A stretch of 63,568 nt of DNA, filler included, from Platydemus manokwari (taxonomy: Eukaryota), in assembly GCA_037951405.1 (NCBI GenBank). It is 6 parts of 6 records of this genome, joined end to end, with 100 filler letters (N's around TTAATTAATTAA, not from the genome) between each part and the next. Parts side by side here need not be neighbours in the genome. Positions count along the whole stretch, not along the records: positions 9,665 to 23,321 come from JBBMOY011655848.1; positions 23,422 to 32,875 come from JBBMOY011247874.1; 4 more parts are not named here. One strand, 5' to 3'. Positions 13,090 through 26,400 of the stretch are shown piece after piece (within the stretch, counting starts at the first letter, position 1; each line of letters starts with the position of its first letter). The notes below the pieces were generated by a model that was not told the DNA's origin, ran no database searches, and saw only the letters and a program-made list of their open reading frames with translations. The translations under genes were made by a program, and so were the position numbers.

Positions 13090-16000
13090 TAATAAATTAT
13101 TATTTACGTTTTTGATTTTTACTTGCTCTTATCACCATGTCGAAGTTTCTCCCTCTTTACGGTTTTATTCTGATATGGAAGTCGTTTTGAAAAATCAATG
13201 TTTTTAAAATGGTAAATTTTCACATAAATTATAATAATATAGTGCAGATTAATCAATAATTAATTTCCCTTCAATTTTGTTTGAACTTAACGAAAACAAC
13301 CTTTTATGTCTGAGCCTTAAAAGTGAATAATTGCGAGAGATTATGGCAATTATGTTGTTGACAGTTTTTGTATGGATTAGTATTATTTTTCGTTATTATT
13401 TTCTTGAAATTTTACTTTTGCTGTTTATTTTTCTTGGAAAAATCCAATAAAAATAAAATCAATAATATTTTTCGATTTAATCAATTAGCAGCCATGAAAT
13501 GTATTCGTTTGATATATGTTGTGTAATTGTATTCTGATTTTCTAAACCGATGCATTTATTTTCCAGTGTCATTGACGATTACAAATTATTGGCTGTCTTG
13601 GTAAGAAATTATAAATTATCGATTGATATACAAAGAAATATTGTTATGGACTTTTGACTATCATTTTTATATGTTGGCTATCAGTTGAATCACATCATCA
13701 GATTTCAGTTGATTGGTTTCTATATTTAAAAATATTTTAAATAAACAAATAAATACACAAATTAAATACAAATAACAATAAAAATTTTAACATTTATTTA
13801 TAATATTACAAGTTGATTTTGGTGTCGATTCCAAATCCATTTTATATGGAGGTAAATGTGGATAGAACTTTTAATCAATTTTTTGTTCAATTCTGAAATT
13901 TTTAGAGTAAATAAATCTATTGTGAGAGCATTACAATATCCGCTACACAAACCTTTTGGAGTTTTCATTTATCTCACTCAATGGCGTTAATATTTTGGCT
14001 TTATATAAATTGCATTCCAATAGAAAGTAACCAATTATTTAAATTTTATCTTACTGCAATGATATTTATACTTTATAAAATCATACTTTATGTGAAATTT
14101 GTTTAAAACTTTCGGCAGTACTATAGATTCGTGAGTTTCTTTTCATTTGTCGGTTTAGCACAACTTAACTGATATATTTGATTGGCCCCTTCAGTTGTTT
14201 TATTGGTATGTATTTTTTTAATCAATTTGATTTCACAAATTGAATTTCCTTTTGTTTGTTTATTTGTGAATAAAGAAATTATTTCACTTATCAACGACGA
14301 TTCAACTTTGGAATACCACATTAACATGAGTAACTTTTATCTCTATGCAACAGTTTGAATATTGCCGGCACGAAGATTGTACAATTAACGTTCATTAGAA
14401 AATTTGGCAAATTGTGACTCTATTCATTTACTAGTTTCTAAAATCAAAGTTTCTTCGGATATTTTTTTATCCAAGTGCATGGTTCAAGATAATCGCCATT
14501 GATTGTTCAAGCCCCTCAGAAGAAAATACGAAACAATCTTAACTAAGTTATTCATATGTTATTTTTCTTTGTAATTATTTTATTATTGTATTCAGTGAAT
14601 TTGAATATATTTGTCTTCAGTCATTTTATTTATTATATTCATATTAATATTGACAGCACCATTTTTATGATTAATTCAGTGCTAGGAAAAAATTTAGCCA
14701 TATATCGATTGTTAACGGTATGTAAAATTTTGGGGTCACTGCTTTTATTTCTTTAATTATTATTATTGGATTTGATCGAAATCTATGACTTAATCATTTC
14801 TCAGAGTCCATCTTCATCATCAAGTAGTTATATGAGCTATGTATTTTAATATTACTTCGCCTTGATGTTCTCAACTTATGTGAAGATAGGTATAAATCGA
14901 TCTTATCTAACTGTTTGTTCTTCCAGTAAAAAATAATATGCTTATCCTAATCCCGGTAACGGCAATGAATAATCTTGGATGTTACGTTATGGTTCTTCTT
15001 ATGTAGCTATTGTGTATGTATTTTAATGATAGTGGTTACTGCTTTATATATGCAGCGGTGAGTCATTCACAGATGTTCTCTGCGAATTTTATTTAATGCA
15101 CTGCATAATGTTTAATGCACTGAAATTTATCGTGCTAGAGAAATTCACTGCTTTTAAATACACAGTAATTTATTTTATTTAATGCATAGCTATTATTTTA
15201 TTTAATACATGGATATTTATTTATTCTAGTTGAATATTTTATTAGATGTGCACAATAACTTATTCCGCTTGATTATTTCATGGATAAATTCACTATGTGT
15301 ATTGTTTTAATTAGTGAATTTATTATAAGATAATTTTAACGTTCTTAATTTTATTTTATAATTGCAGGGTTTCTTATTAATTATGAAGATTATAAATTGG
15401 GTTTACACGATAATATATTATATTATAGTATATTATATTCCTTTTGGTCACAAAATCTAACTGAATTATTTTAAAAATGTTTTACATTGAAATTTCATGC
15501 GATAATAAAAATTATACATTCATATATGCAATTACTCTAGTATTAAAAATTGTCATAGGCCCCAAAACCCAACAGTTATAATTAATTTATTCTTCAAATT
15601 ATCTACAAGTTATTATAATTTATTTGAGCTGATAAAAATTGATTATGGTTACAATTTATTAGCTGCTTGGGTTAAGAAATTACTGTACAATTTCACTAAT
15701 ATCTGATTCTAACCAGAATCAAAGAGTAAGTTGCGTATGTGTTAAATTTAATGTATGGATATCAATAATTAAAGATGTAACAATTAATTATGAATTAATT
15801 ATTACAACTGATTAATAAGATTACAATGTAGTTTTGCAGTGCCCTGAAAATGTGGAAAAAATAGTGTTGGGAATTAATGATACTCTGGTGAAACAAGAGG
15901 TCAGCGGAGAAGTAGTTCAGAAAGTAGTCAAATGTTCTTTGAAAATTTACTCATAGCATCTGAGGTCAGTTGAAATGCTATTTATAATTTTTCTCCTAAA

Positions 16001-16961
16001 TTTTTGTACGATTTTCTACTATTTCATGCTTCTTTTATATTATATTTCGTGTTTCCTTGAATCATGTTTGTTTATGAATCACTGTTGTTATTTATTTACT
16101 TTGTTTCTTAGTTGCTACATGGAAGTTGTCATTAAAACTTAAAAATTGTTGTAACTGTTTATTATCAACTGTTCTATATTTTACAATCATGTGGCTTTTT
16201 TTTACCAATATATATTAATTCAATTTCTTCATAATTTTGAATGTGTAATTTACTAATTTAACTTTAATTTAATTTTCTTATGAATACTTCTTATGATATG
16301 CTTGAATTAGACATTTGATTGGAATTATATAATTGATATCGATTGCTGTAAATGATTTCCTAAATTTACAACTGAATTTGATCCTAACTATCTATCAACT
16401 TACAGTTGATATTGCTGTCAACAATTTCTTGTGTACATATACAATTGGATTTAATGATTAACAGTTGAATTTGTTCTTTACGATTTTAAACTGAAGTTTC
16501 AATTTTCTAATTAATTTTCACTAAAATTCATGACGTGTAATTTTATATTTTAATTAATTTTCACTAGTTAAAGTTTAATTAAAGTACATTGTTATATATT
16601 CTACTGTAACATGTAAACATGATGTTGTAATGTTTCCTTGCAGTTCACAAAAAACAAATTTTCTTTAGTATATGTAACTTATCTATAATTTGAATTATAT
16701 ATATAGCTAAATAATATTCATTATCAATTTGAAACTTCAATTTATTTTACAAAGTATTTATTCCTAGAATTCGATTAATATACTTTATTTAAATATTAAT
16801 TTAGTTTGTTCTAATATTTAAAATTTTGTCTATTTTATTTGGTACCTAATAAACCACGAATTTTCTATATTTTACTCCACATTAAATATATTTTTGTATG
16901 ACATTTTCTGATAAAAATTATATTTATTTATTTACGCATTATATAATTTAGTTTCTTCAAG

Positions 16962-18518
16962 ATGATTTCTCCCAAGAAATCTGTCAGTAAGTTTCTAAAA
17001 TTTTTGAAATATTAATTGCTACATTTTGCTTTTAATTTTAATTTATTTAATTTTTCAGATAACTTAAGCAATAGCAATAAATTCAAACCATTGAATGAGG
17101 CAGCTTTACAGAAATTACAAATTGATTTACAACCTTTTCTAAAAGATAAAGACCTACATAATTTGAAAATTTTAATTAAAAAACATGAGCCTTATTCGAT
17201 TAACGAAATCGAAAATATTTTATTTACAAATATTAAATCATTCCAACCTGGTACTCATCACAAAATTAGAGATTTTGTTAAACGGAGAATGAAAAACTTG
17301 AAAAAAAACAGCACCGAGTTTAATACTATTTATCAGAGCGATGATTCGAACTTAGTTAGTCCATATTCACGAGATAGTTTTTCTTCAAAAAGTAAATCAA
17401 AATCTCATTGAAATTTGCTTTAATACTGTACTATAGGTGATATTAATTTGTCTCCTAGCACTATAAGTAGCTTAAAGACAGATATCACCAATTTATGGAA
17501 ATATCCGACATATCAAAAAGAGATTTGTCAGCTTTTGTTTCAAAAAGGCGATCTTGAAATGTTATCTAGCTCGTCGATAGCCATTGATTTCGAAAATTTG
17601 AAACCGACAACTTTGTTAGCTTTACAGGAGTTTATCGGTAATTTATGAAAATATTTATATAACGATCATTGGGTATTTTTGTATTTCGCGATTATCATAT
17701 TTTATAAAACTTTTATAAGTGAATCAATGAAATTTAATGTTTGTTTTTGAAATAATGTTATTAAATAACATTTTTACTTCTATAAATATTACAAATTCCT
17801 TAAAATGATTGTGTAATTGAATCAGCCAATCATATTTCACGAAATCATTATTCGATATTTATGATGCATGTTTATATAGAAGCTAAAAATAAACTATTGG
17901 AAAAGTATTTATCCAATGAAAATCTCAAAATCCTTCATGATATTTGGATTAATGAAACATTGAGCGATGAAAAGATTAGTGAGATTTATGAAGTTATTAA
18001 AAAGAGGGAGCCCGTTAAGGTGAACGAGAATGGGATTTTTACCATTGATATGACTTCATTGAAAACGGAAACCGTGATGGATCTCATTCGATTGTTTCGA
18101 CCAAATCACAAAATTAATAAACCAATCCAACCAACGAAGAGGCCATCGATAATGTCGACACAACAAAAACCTGACGCCATTCAAGCTCCTCAACCTGGTA
18201 ATACTATTAATCAAAGTATATTTTGCTTCGGTTTCCCTGATAGTTGATTAAATTTGCCACCGATTTTCAGTGAGATCAAACCAAATCACAAAAGCACCAC
18301 CAGAAAACCATTCACGATTCGACAATGAACAGTTGCGTTATTTGTCCAGTAAAATCAAAGAATGCACCAAAAACGAAAGCATCAGTGATATCCTTCGAAT
18401 CATCAAGGAGAATGAAACTGTTGACCAACAGGGAGGTGGAATCAGTCTCAATGTGAAGAAAATGAAGGATGTAACGATAAGTAAATTGTTCAAGTTTATC
18501 AATTCCAATAAGATCTGA
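16962..18518 (+). CDS. Protein with four tandem ET (extra-terminal/NET) domains. Exons 16962-16986, 17059-17391, 17437-17637, 17880-18197 (or 18215), 18271-18518; about 374-380 aa if ATG 16962 is the start
   Basis: Four adjacent ORFs join in frame through GT-AG phase-1 introns. Repeat 2 IAIDFENLKPTTLLALQEFI matches the BET ET motif [20 protein letters not shown]. Repeat 3 is IYEVIKKREP...FTIDMTSLKTETVMDL, repeat 1 KPLNEAALQKLQIDL...ILIKKHEP, repeat 4 LRYLSSKI...ILRIIKENE...ISLNVKKMKDVTISKLFKFI. AATAAA near 18718. Confidence 0.8.
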
Positions 18519-18668
18519 TCTATCTGTGTGTGTGCATTGAAGAAATCGATTGATCACCATTATCATTTACAATTGTTTCTCCTGCTATTTTATCTCGTTT
18601 CTCAACTGATTGTCATTATCCAATCATCAATTATCAGATAAATTATTGCTAATGTTCATCCCCCTCGC

Positions 18669-18687
18669 CACACACACACACACACAC
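18669..18687 (+). repeat. (CA)n microsatellite in the probable 3' UTR
   Basis: cacacacacacacacac run. Confidence 0.9.
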
Positions 18688-21600
18688 GGACGATGTTTTT
18701 AATGACGCCTTTTTACTAATAAATATTTTTGCTTGGTTTGATAGATTTTTGCCGTTTGTGTGTATTCAGATATTTGACCGTTCCTAACAAATATTGATTT
18801 TTCTATGAATCCATTTTACATTGTGCAGTTATTGATATTTGTAGAAATATTGATTTTTTTTAATTTTTGGTTATTTGATATCTTTTGCAACTTATCGAAC
18901 CTTATATTATATTATGTATATCCGGTGTTTAATAATTATTATTGAATTAGAATTTCCTTATTGATTGTTACTTTTGATATCATACGTTATGTGAATGGAC
19001 AAATTTAGTTTTTATTGATTTTGATATTTTTTACTTGCGATTGGTTTAAACACGCACATTTTCACCTTGAAATTTTTAGTCAAATCATTCAGTGGTATTG
19101 ATTTGTTTTTGTTTATTGTCACCAATGGAAACTGCTATATTTTTAGACATGAAACTTCTATTTTAGAAATCACGTGATCAAATCATTTGCAGATCCGTGC
19201 TCTAATTCTAATTATATTTCTGTATATCTTAAAATTGGTGAAAAGAATTTTGTATGTATTTTGAAAATGGTGGCAAGTTTAGGAATTTTAAAGCAATATT
19301 TTGATCTTACTCGAATGAATACCGAATCATCAAGGCAACAACAAATTTATAATATATGTTTGTGAGTGCGCGCGGATGTTTGTAATCCGGTTGTTTGATT
19401 TATGTAGTGTAGATAATATCGCAAAAAACTATAAAGCTTTAAGATGGGAAAGTTCTAACTGTTAAAACGAAAATTGATGAAATAATAAAACATATCAATG
19501 AGGATCAGTGTAACATTTCGTGCTTAATGTTGAAGTAAATAAACAAAATAAAAGATCTCCATGTTACCACTATCATCACAATTCAGATGACAAATCAATA
19601 AAATGAACCGTAATTGAAATATTTATGATTTGCAAATATAAGAACTGATAATATTTTCACTGGTGCAATATGTGAATGGGTGTAACGTATTTTATTGAGT
19701 TAATATTGATTGAAATGTTTTTCTCATTAAGATTGGTCAAATATATTCATTATTAAAATGAATAATTGCATTCACAATTTATTATCAAGTACTTAATGAA
19801 ATGACAGTGAATATAATTATTAAAATACAATCTCCTCAAGCACAGTTACAGTTTATAAAGATAATTTATAAAAGTCAATTTAACAGTCGAATGCATACTA
19901 ATGTTAATTGCGTAATGATATTTTGTTCGAAATCAAAATGCCTGTTATGGATTGATGAATATCACTTATATTCTCCTCTAGTGACACTTTATGCATTGCG
20001 CTACGCTTAAGGGTTTTCTTGCATATCGAAATGAAATAGTTGTATTATGTCAATCATTTAGTGTGGTCTCAGAGGATCTTCTGTGAGTGACATGGAAACC
20101 ATAAAAGGAATAATAATGATTTCTATTTTAAATAATTGACCACCTCGTTGTGGACTTGGTCTATATAATATGGATATAGGAAGAGAGAGGGTAAACTAAT
20201 GTGAATCGGGGACTCGAGCGAATTAAACACACCAAACTTATACAATTAGCGAGTTTACATACTGTGGACCGAGTCAATAATAATACACAATCTGAAGGAG
20301 GCCAACAATCTAGGACTAAGCCAGAGAGTGAGGGATCGCATGGAAATTGTATAAAATTGGAATGTGATGAATGATCCCATTGATCATATCTGTGTTGATC
20401 ACATTTTGGCCATTTGAAAATATGTGATTTATTATTATTGTTATTATTTTATAATCATTTATATTATTTTAGTGATCTATTTATCAATTATTCAGTGTCC
20501 TATTTTGTTATGTCTTTGCGAAGTAAATTAATATAATAATATTCTATAAAATATTTATTATTTTTAAAAACTCAACGACAATTGAAATTGAATCATAAAA
20601 GAATGAATTTTACAAAAATAATATAATCATATAATACAGTATTACAATCACTATTGTTTATAAATGAACGAAAATAATTATTGGAATTATTATAAAAACA
20701 AATTGTAATTACAATTATTAAAATCCGTTAAGAAATCAACAATGAAAAATTGACTTATTTAGAAAAAATTCAATAAAATTTAAAATGTTGCAAATAAAGG
20801 CAACCAAAAATAATAAATAATAATAAATAAATCCACTATAGATGAGAAAAGTCAACATATATGCAAACATATGTAAACATATATAAGACGTGATTTTACA
20901 AAAGTCGAGATCGCTTGAGTCGGATTAGAATATCTCAGATTTAGACTTATGTTGCAATGCTTGTTTTACTGTTCTAATTTTACAACTTAAGTCGTATAAT
21001 TAATTATTAAAAAATGGGGTCCTAAAATAAAATTTGTTGAGTGCATTGCAAAATTCTGTATAGTTTATTTAATTATATTCTATATAAACATTTTGAATTT
21101 TTATTTAAGTACTTAAGAAGAATTTTAGTTGTTTGAAATCAAATATTAAATACACTGGAGCTTCAAAATCTCCTAAAATTTGATTATTTGAAAAAAGTAG
21201 GTTGAATTGCAATTTATTGAAAATTAGCGAGGACCCCTTTTAACATTAGAAGCAAATCGAGAGATATTCTCAATTTTTACAATTATTTTATAAAATAACC
21301 AATGATATTATTAAACATGGCTGTAATTAACTAACTCGATTTATATTTATATAAATTTAAATTTAAAAACTGAAATAATCATATAGAAGTGTTGCGATTA
21401 GAATGGGAACTTGGTTTTAAAACTATGTTTTGTCGATATTAGACATCTTAAAACGTGAGATGTTAACTGAATTATACGAATAAATCGAACATAGCAGTTA
21501 TATATAAAATTAAGTTATAAAATTACCTCATGCGCGAAAATTCATTATAACGAAAGTAGGTTAAAGGACCCTTTTTCTTAACATAAGTCCCAAATTCTAT

Positions 21601-22149
21601 TTTAATCAAAACTATTCAAACAAACTATTATTTTATAAAATCTAATTTTAAAATTTTTCAAATTTCAATTCGTTATAAATCGTCCCACCACTTATCTTAT
21701 TCTTTAAAACTAAATATCCATGTGTTACCCATAAACATGTTGTAACATGAATCACAATGTTCTCTTTAGGTTTAGCTTAGTTATGCATGTCGATCAACTT
21801 TAGACAATTGTTCTGGTTTCAATTGAACGTTGCGGTGATAAGGCACGACTTGTAACAATATTATCATAAAAAGATACAAAATGAAAAAAGGTGTTCTTTA
21901 ACAAATATATCTGACACCAAAGATAAATATTTGATTTGAAAATTGGGTCCTGTATCTCAAATTGACTAGCATTATTATTGATCAAAGATTATCCTCATTT
22001 AAAATAAATATCAACACAATGAAAATGATGAAGTATCGACTGAAATTTACTGATATCGCTACAATGTGGTTCAATGATAATGAAAACAATTCGAATAAGA
22101 TTTTCAATTAAATGACATTGTTAAAAATATTAGAATATACGTGAAGTTC

Positions 22150-22865
22150 ACCTTTTGTATTTAAATGAAAAAAGCAGGCCCCTCAATTATCGATGCACCC
22201 GTTCTGTCTAGCATAACAATAGTTGATTTACTCTGAACCATCGTCCTAATCAATTGAATAATTCAGTTAATAACTTTTAAATTAATTTCTGTTGTGAATT
22301 ATAATCTGTTAAAATATTGTGAAGGTGAATGATAAATCTTGTGTGCAAGAGCAAATGGTTGATGCCATCCTAGTGATTACGTTTGCATGAAGTTGCTACT
22401 GAAATTGATGTCATTTTTGTGATATTTTTGCCCCAGTCAAAATATGATTGAGAATTGAATAGGAAGCTAAAAGTGATATGTTTTTCACTGTCTTTTTTGT
22501 ATGTCTGTGTGCTATACAACGCAAACCAATGAAATTTTCTATACAAAAATTAAGATCTTTGAATTCGTCTGCCTTGTTTCGACTGTTAGCTTTGAACGTC
22601 TCGTGATTGAGATACAAATCAAGTAAAATTCTGACATAAAGCTTAATTTAGGTCAATTTTTAAAACGTTTTAAAAATGCCTGCCATTAGCATTTGTCTTT
22701 ACGATATAATTCTGCATTTTAGGCGACGGAATGTTATCTTGCAGAAAAATTCATTAAAGGTGCACTCTCTGTTTGGTTTTTATGTCTACGAGGAAGTGAG
22801 GTGAGTACAAGTGGCTGTTAGTGGGCTACACTTTATCTTCACGGAACCTTGGTTGAAAACCACTG
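22150..22865 (-). mobile_element. hAT (Charlie-like) transposon remnant
   Basis: Minus-strand terminus CAGTGGTTTTCAACC at 22865-22851 resembles hAT-Charlie ends. ORF 22411-22617 carries the CxxH motif (LRCIAHR). Left boundary uncertain. Confidence 0.6.
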
Positions 22866-23129
22866 GATTAAATAAACAACAGACAAATCAATTTTCACAG
22901 AATTTAAATAGCTTGATCAGAAATTACCAAGATTATTCAAGCGAACAGACAGTATGAAAGTATAAAAGAAATTAGTGAAAGCACAATTGGAAATGATGGG
23001 GAAATGCAGGAAATCTGCATTCTTATTGGTTCATGGACTTTTGAAAAACGAAATGAAAACGAACTACCTGATAATCTAAATATTTGAACAACCCTAATTT
23101 ACAATATCTAATGGGAATTGAAATAATAG

Positions 23130-23321
23130 ATAATATATAGTAAATAATAATAACAATAATAAGAATGATGATGATGACAATAATATTAATAATAATAATA
23201 AAAAAATTAATTATAATAATAAAAATAAATAATATTAATAATAGATAAATAAAAATAAATAGCAAGAATAATAATAAATGATAATAAAGTAATAATAATA
23301 ATAATGATAATAATAACTATA
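23130..23321 (+). repeat. Degenerate (AAT)n microsatellite at a contig end
   Basis: Long aat/aataat run up to the gap; it produces the spurious poly-Ile ORF 23023-23265. Confidence 0.9.
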
Positions 23322-23421
23322 NNNNNNNNNNNNNNNNNNNNNNNNNNNNNNNNNNNNNNNNNNNNTTAATTAATTAANNNNNNNNNNNNNNNNNNNNNNN
23401 NNNNNNNNNNNNNNNNNNNNN
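23322..23421. other. Assembly linker/gap
   Basis: N44-TTAATTAATTAA-N44. Confidence 0.99.
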
Positions 23422-26400
23422 TTATTAATTGTTATTTAAAATTGTTTATAATGTTTTACACTTCCGTATATGAACTTTAGAATATTTGATTATATTACTA
23501 ATTTTTATAAAAATATCATTTAGCTATAAATAAATTTTGATATCCATTATTCAAAAGACAATCTTTATCTCATATTATGAATAGATATTCCTTTGTGTTA
23601 ATTCTTTCTTTTAATTTTAAAAAATAATTGTTATACTAAAGATATCAAAATTTTAAATAAATTTTATACTTCAAACCTGATAAATGTAAATATCAAATAA
23701 AATATATCAGTTTGGAAATAATTTTTTGTTATTCAATGTTATTTATTTTTTTGAAACGATGAGTTTTTGAGTTTGACCTTAATCATGAAATTGATTGGTA
23801 GTTAATAAATGTGTCTGTATTTTTTGTTGAAGAAAATTAATTTGTTTTTTTAATATAAATGTCATTTGAAATTCGTTCTTCAGAACCTTAGGCTTAATTA
23901 TATTAATCGAGATAATCGCCCTGCAAAGATTAATGATATCTCTTATTTGTCCTAATTCCTTAGTGAGATTGAAGCAAAGTTAGAGAACCTTTTATCAAAG
24001 TGACTTTTTTATAATAGTTCTTTACTTTGGATTAGTTTTCTTAATTTAAAAGAATTCATTTTTAGAATATTTGATTAATGCTTGAAAAATTTGATTGTAT
24101 TAAGTGTATTTCTTTAGGATATGTACCTCTTGTTTTCCTTTAGGCCTTGTCTGTGGTATCCATGACCTATGACAGAGTTATTTAGTACTTAAATTTAATT
24201 ATACTTCAATATATTTACCTTGAAGTCCAGATGTGAGCTGATGAAATTTAATTAAGTATCTATATCCAATAAATAATTTGAATTGGACACCAAACTTGAA
24301 TGCAATTTATGAACGGATCAATTTATTAAATAAATAATGGGATAAATAATTTACTTATACATTTAATAATTTATAATAAGCAAAATAATAATAAGAATTT
24401 GTAATTTTAGTTCTATAATGGTAAACCGCTAGGTTTTAGCATTTTTCCGTTTAGTTGAAACTATAAGAGCCCTGATTTTTAAGTTTCTTTAATACAGGTT
24501 AACAGTAATAACAGTAGTTCCCAAAAAACAAGATTACTGGCTTCTTCTAAGGTTTCCAAAATTTTTACAAATAACCCTTTTAGAATCCTCGTTGTCAGAA
24601 CCAACACAGGCTTCCAATAGGTCATATATTTAAGATTCTATGATCTCTTGTTAATGATTGTTGGTGGCATTTAAAACTGAATTTATTATTTATAATTTCA
24701 TTAATTTTCTCATTTATTGCTAGTGAAGTAGTCAGTAATGCAAATAGGAATCGTAACAGTCAAAGTTTATTAGTGAAATAAGATTGTCATAATCTGCCAT
24801 TTCATTTTACTCTTATTCTTTACATACTATTGCTTAATTTGCTTTCTTTTTTATAGTTTATTATATAATTAGAATTGTTTGATCTTATTGGGTTTTGCTT
24901 GTCTTAATATTTATAGATATATCTCCAAATTTTCTTTGCTTTCAGTCATTGTGCTTTTATTAAAAATAATCTTATCTAGATTATTTTTATCATTTTTTTG
25001 GAAGCTTTAATTAAAGTTTTTCCTGATTTTTTCCCATCTATTGAAAATTGCAATTTCTAGAGGTTACTTCTAATTTGGGTAAAATAATGTCCGTCATTTG
25101 TTTTGTTTTCAAATTCTTGATACTTGTCACCATTGCATGATTTGATGTCTTTTCATTATCTTCAATGCAGTTACAAAAAATTTAATAATCACATTATAAC
25201 AACAAGTAACATATAAGCAATAGTTTTGAAATATTTTTTATTGAAATGGGTGTTATCAGTTTTGTAGATATAACTTAATAATAATATTTGATGAATCAAT
25301 AACAGGTATTTATAGCAGTCTAAATATAAATAATTTTCGGAATAAAAGTTTTATAAACTATTTTTCATTATAGTATTCTAATGAAAGTCCACATTTTAAG
25401 AGAAAAATCCATAAGTGACCAAGATAAATGACAATATTCAATTTCATTTTCATGTCTTCGATGTAAAAAATCACCAATATCTACACGATTCAAATTAACT
25501 TAAATATTAAATAAAATCGCAATAAACAGTAAATTAATGTCAATATACTGGAATTACACTTTTAAACTTAAAAATCACAAATAAAGATTTGTTATTTCAT
25601 TTCCTCACATCGTTTTGTTATTTTACTTTTGTTTATATTTTTATATTTTTTTTAATTTGAATTAAATTTCAAATTCAAATCTTAACCTCTAAAAATAAAA
25701 TATATTGCAACAAAAAGATCAATATTTTGCTAGCAATGAAATTTGATAAGTTTTTTTAAGAGCTTCAATCAGTCACATTGATGCCACTACATGTTCTTCA
25801 AAAGTAAATTGGTTTAAATTTAAAAAAATTATGATCTACATTTGGTTTATGAAATCTATTTCATTAAATGAGAACATCTTGAGTGCAATACAATCAATTC
25901 ATATCTTTAAATGATGAAGAAATGAGAGATAAATTTCAAGATGAAATTTTGGATTTATATTGCTAGAAATTCATTATTAAAATAAGTGATTTTATCGAGA
26001 AAATCGATTGGTCAGTGTAATTGTCAAAGCATTCAATAGACAGTTATCAGCAGTTCGAAAATGCAAAATGAAGGGTAACACAAAATATGTTTTATCAATG
26101 ACTTAATGAAACTTTACATGTAAGACGTTTAAATTATTCTACTGATCAATAATACACAAAATTTGAGATGGAAATATTCAATTTTAAATAAAACATGATT
26201 TGTACTCACATTTTGACAGCAAGCAAATTAGTAAATTTTTAATATCAGTAAAATCGATAAAATGAAATTTAAAATTAATTTATCAATATTTCAACACTAT
26301 TTTAATGATCTTGTAACGATATTAATTCCATATTTTATTTTATTAATTAGAAAATTACGAAACAATGTTTTAAAGAACAGAAAATGAAATAATGAGAAGC

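Noticed and set aside
16300-16500. Recurring TACA(A/G)(C/T)TG words spaced about 20-40 nt apart, superficially like a repeat-spacer array
   Set aside because: Units are short, irregular and degenerate in a eukaryotic context; not CRISPR-like and no coding frame.
23023-23265. Hydrophobic poly-Ile ORF resembling a membrane protein
   Set aside because: Translation of an (ATT)n microsatellite.
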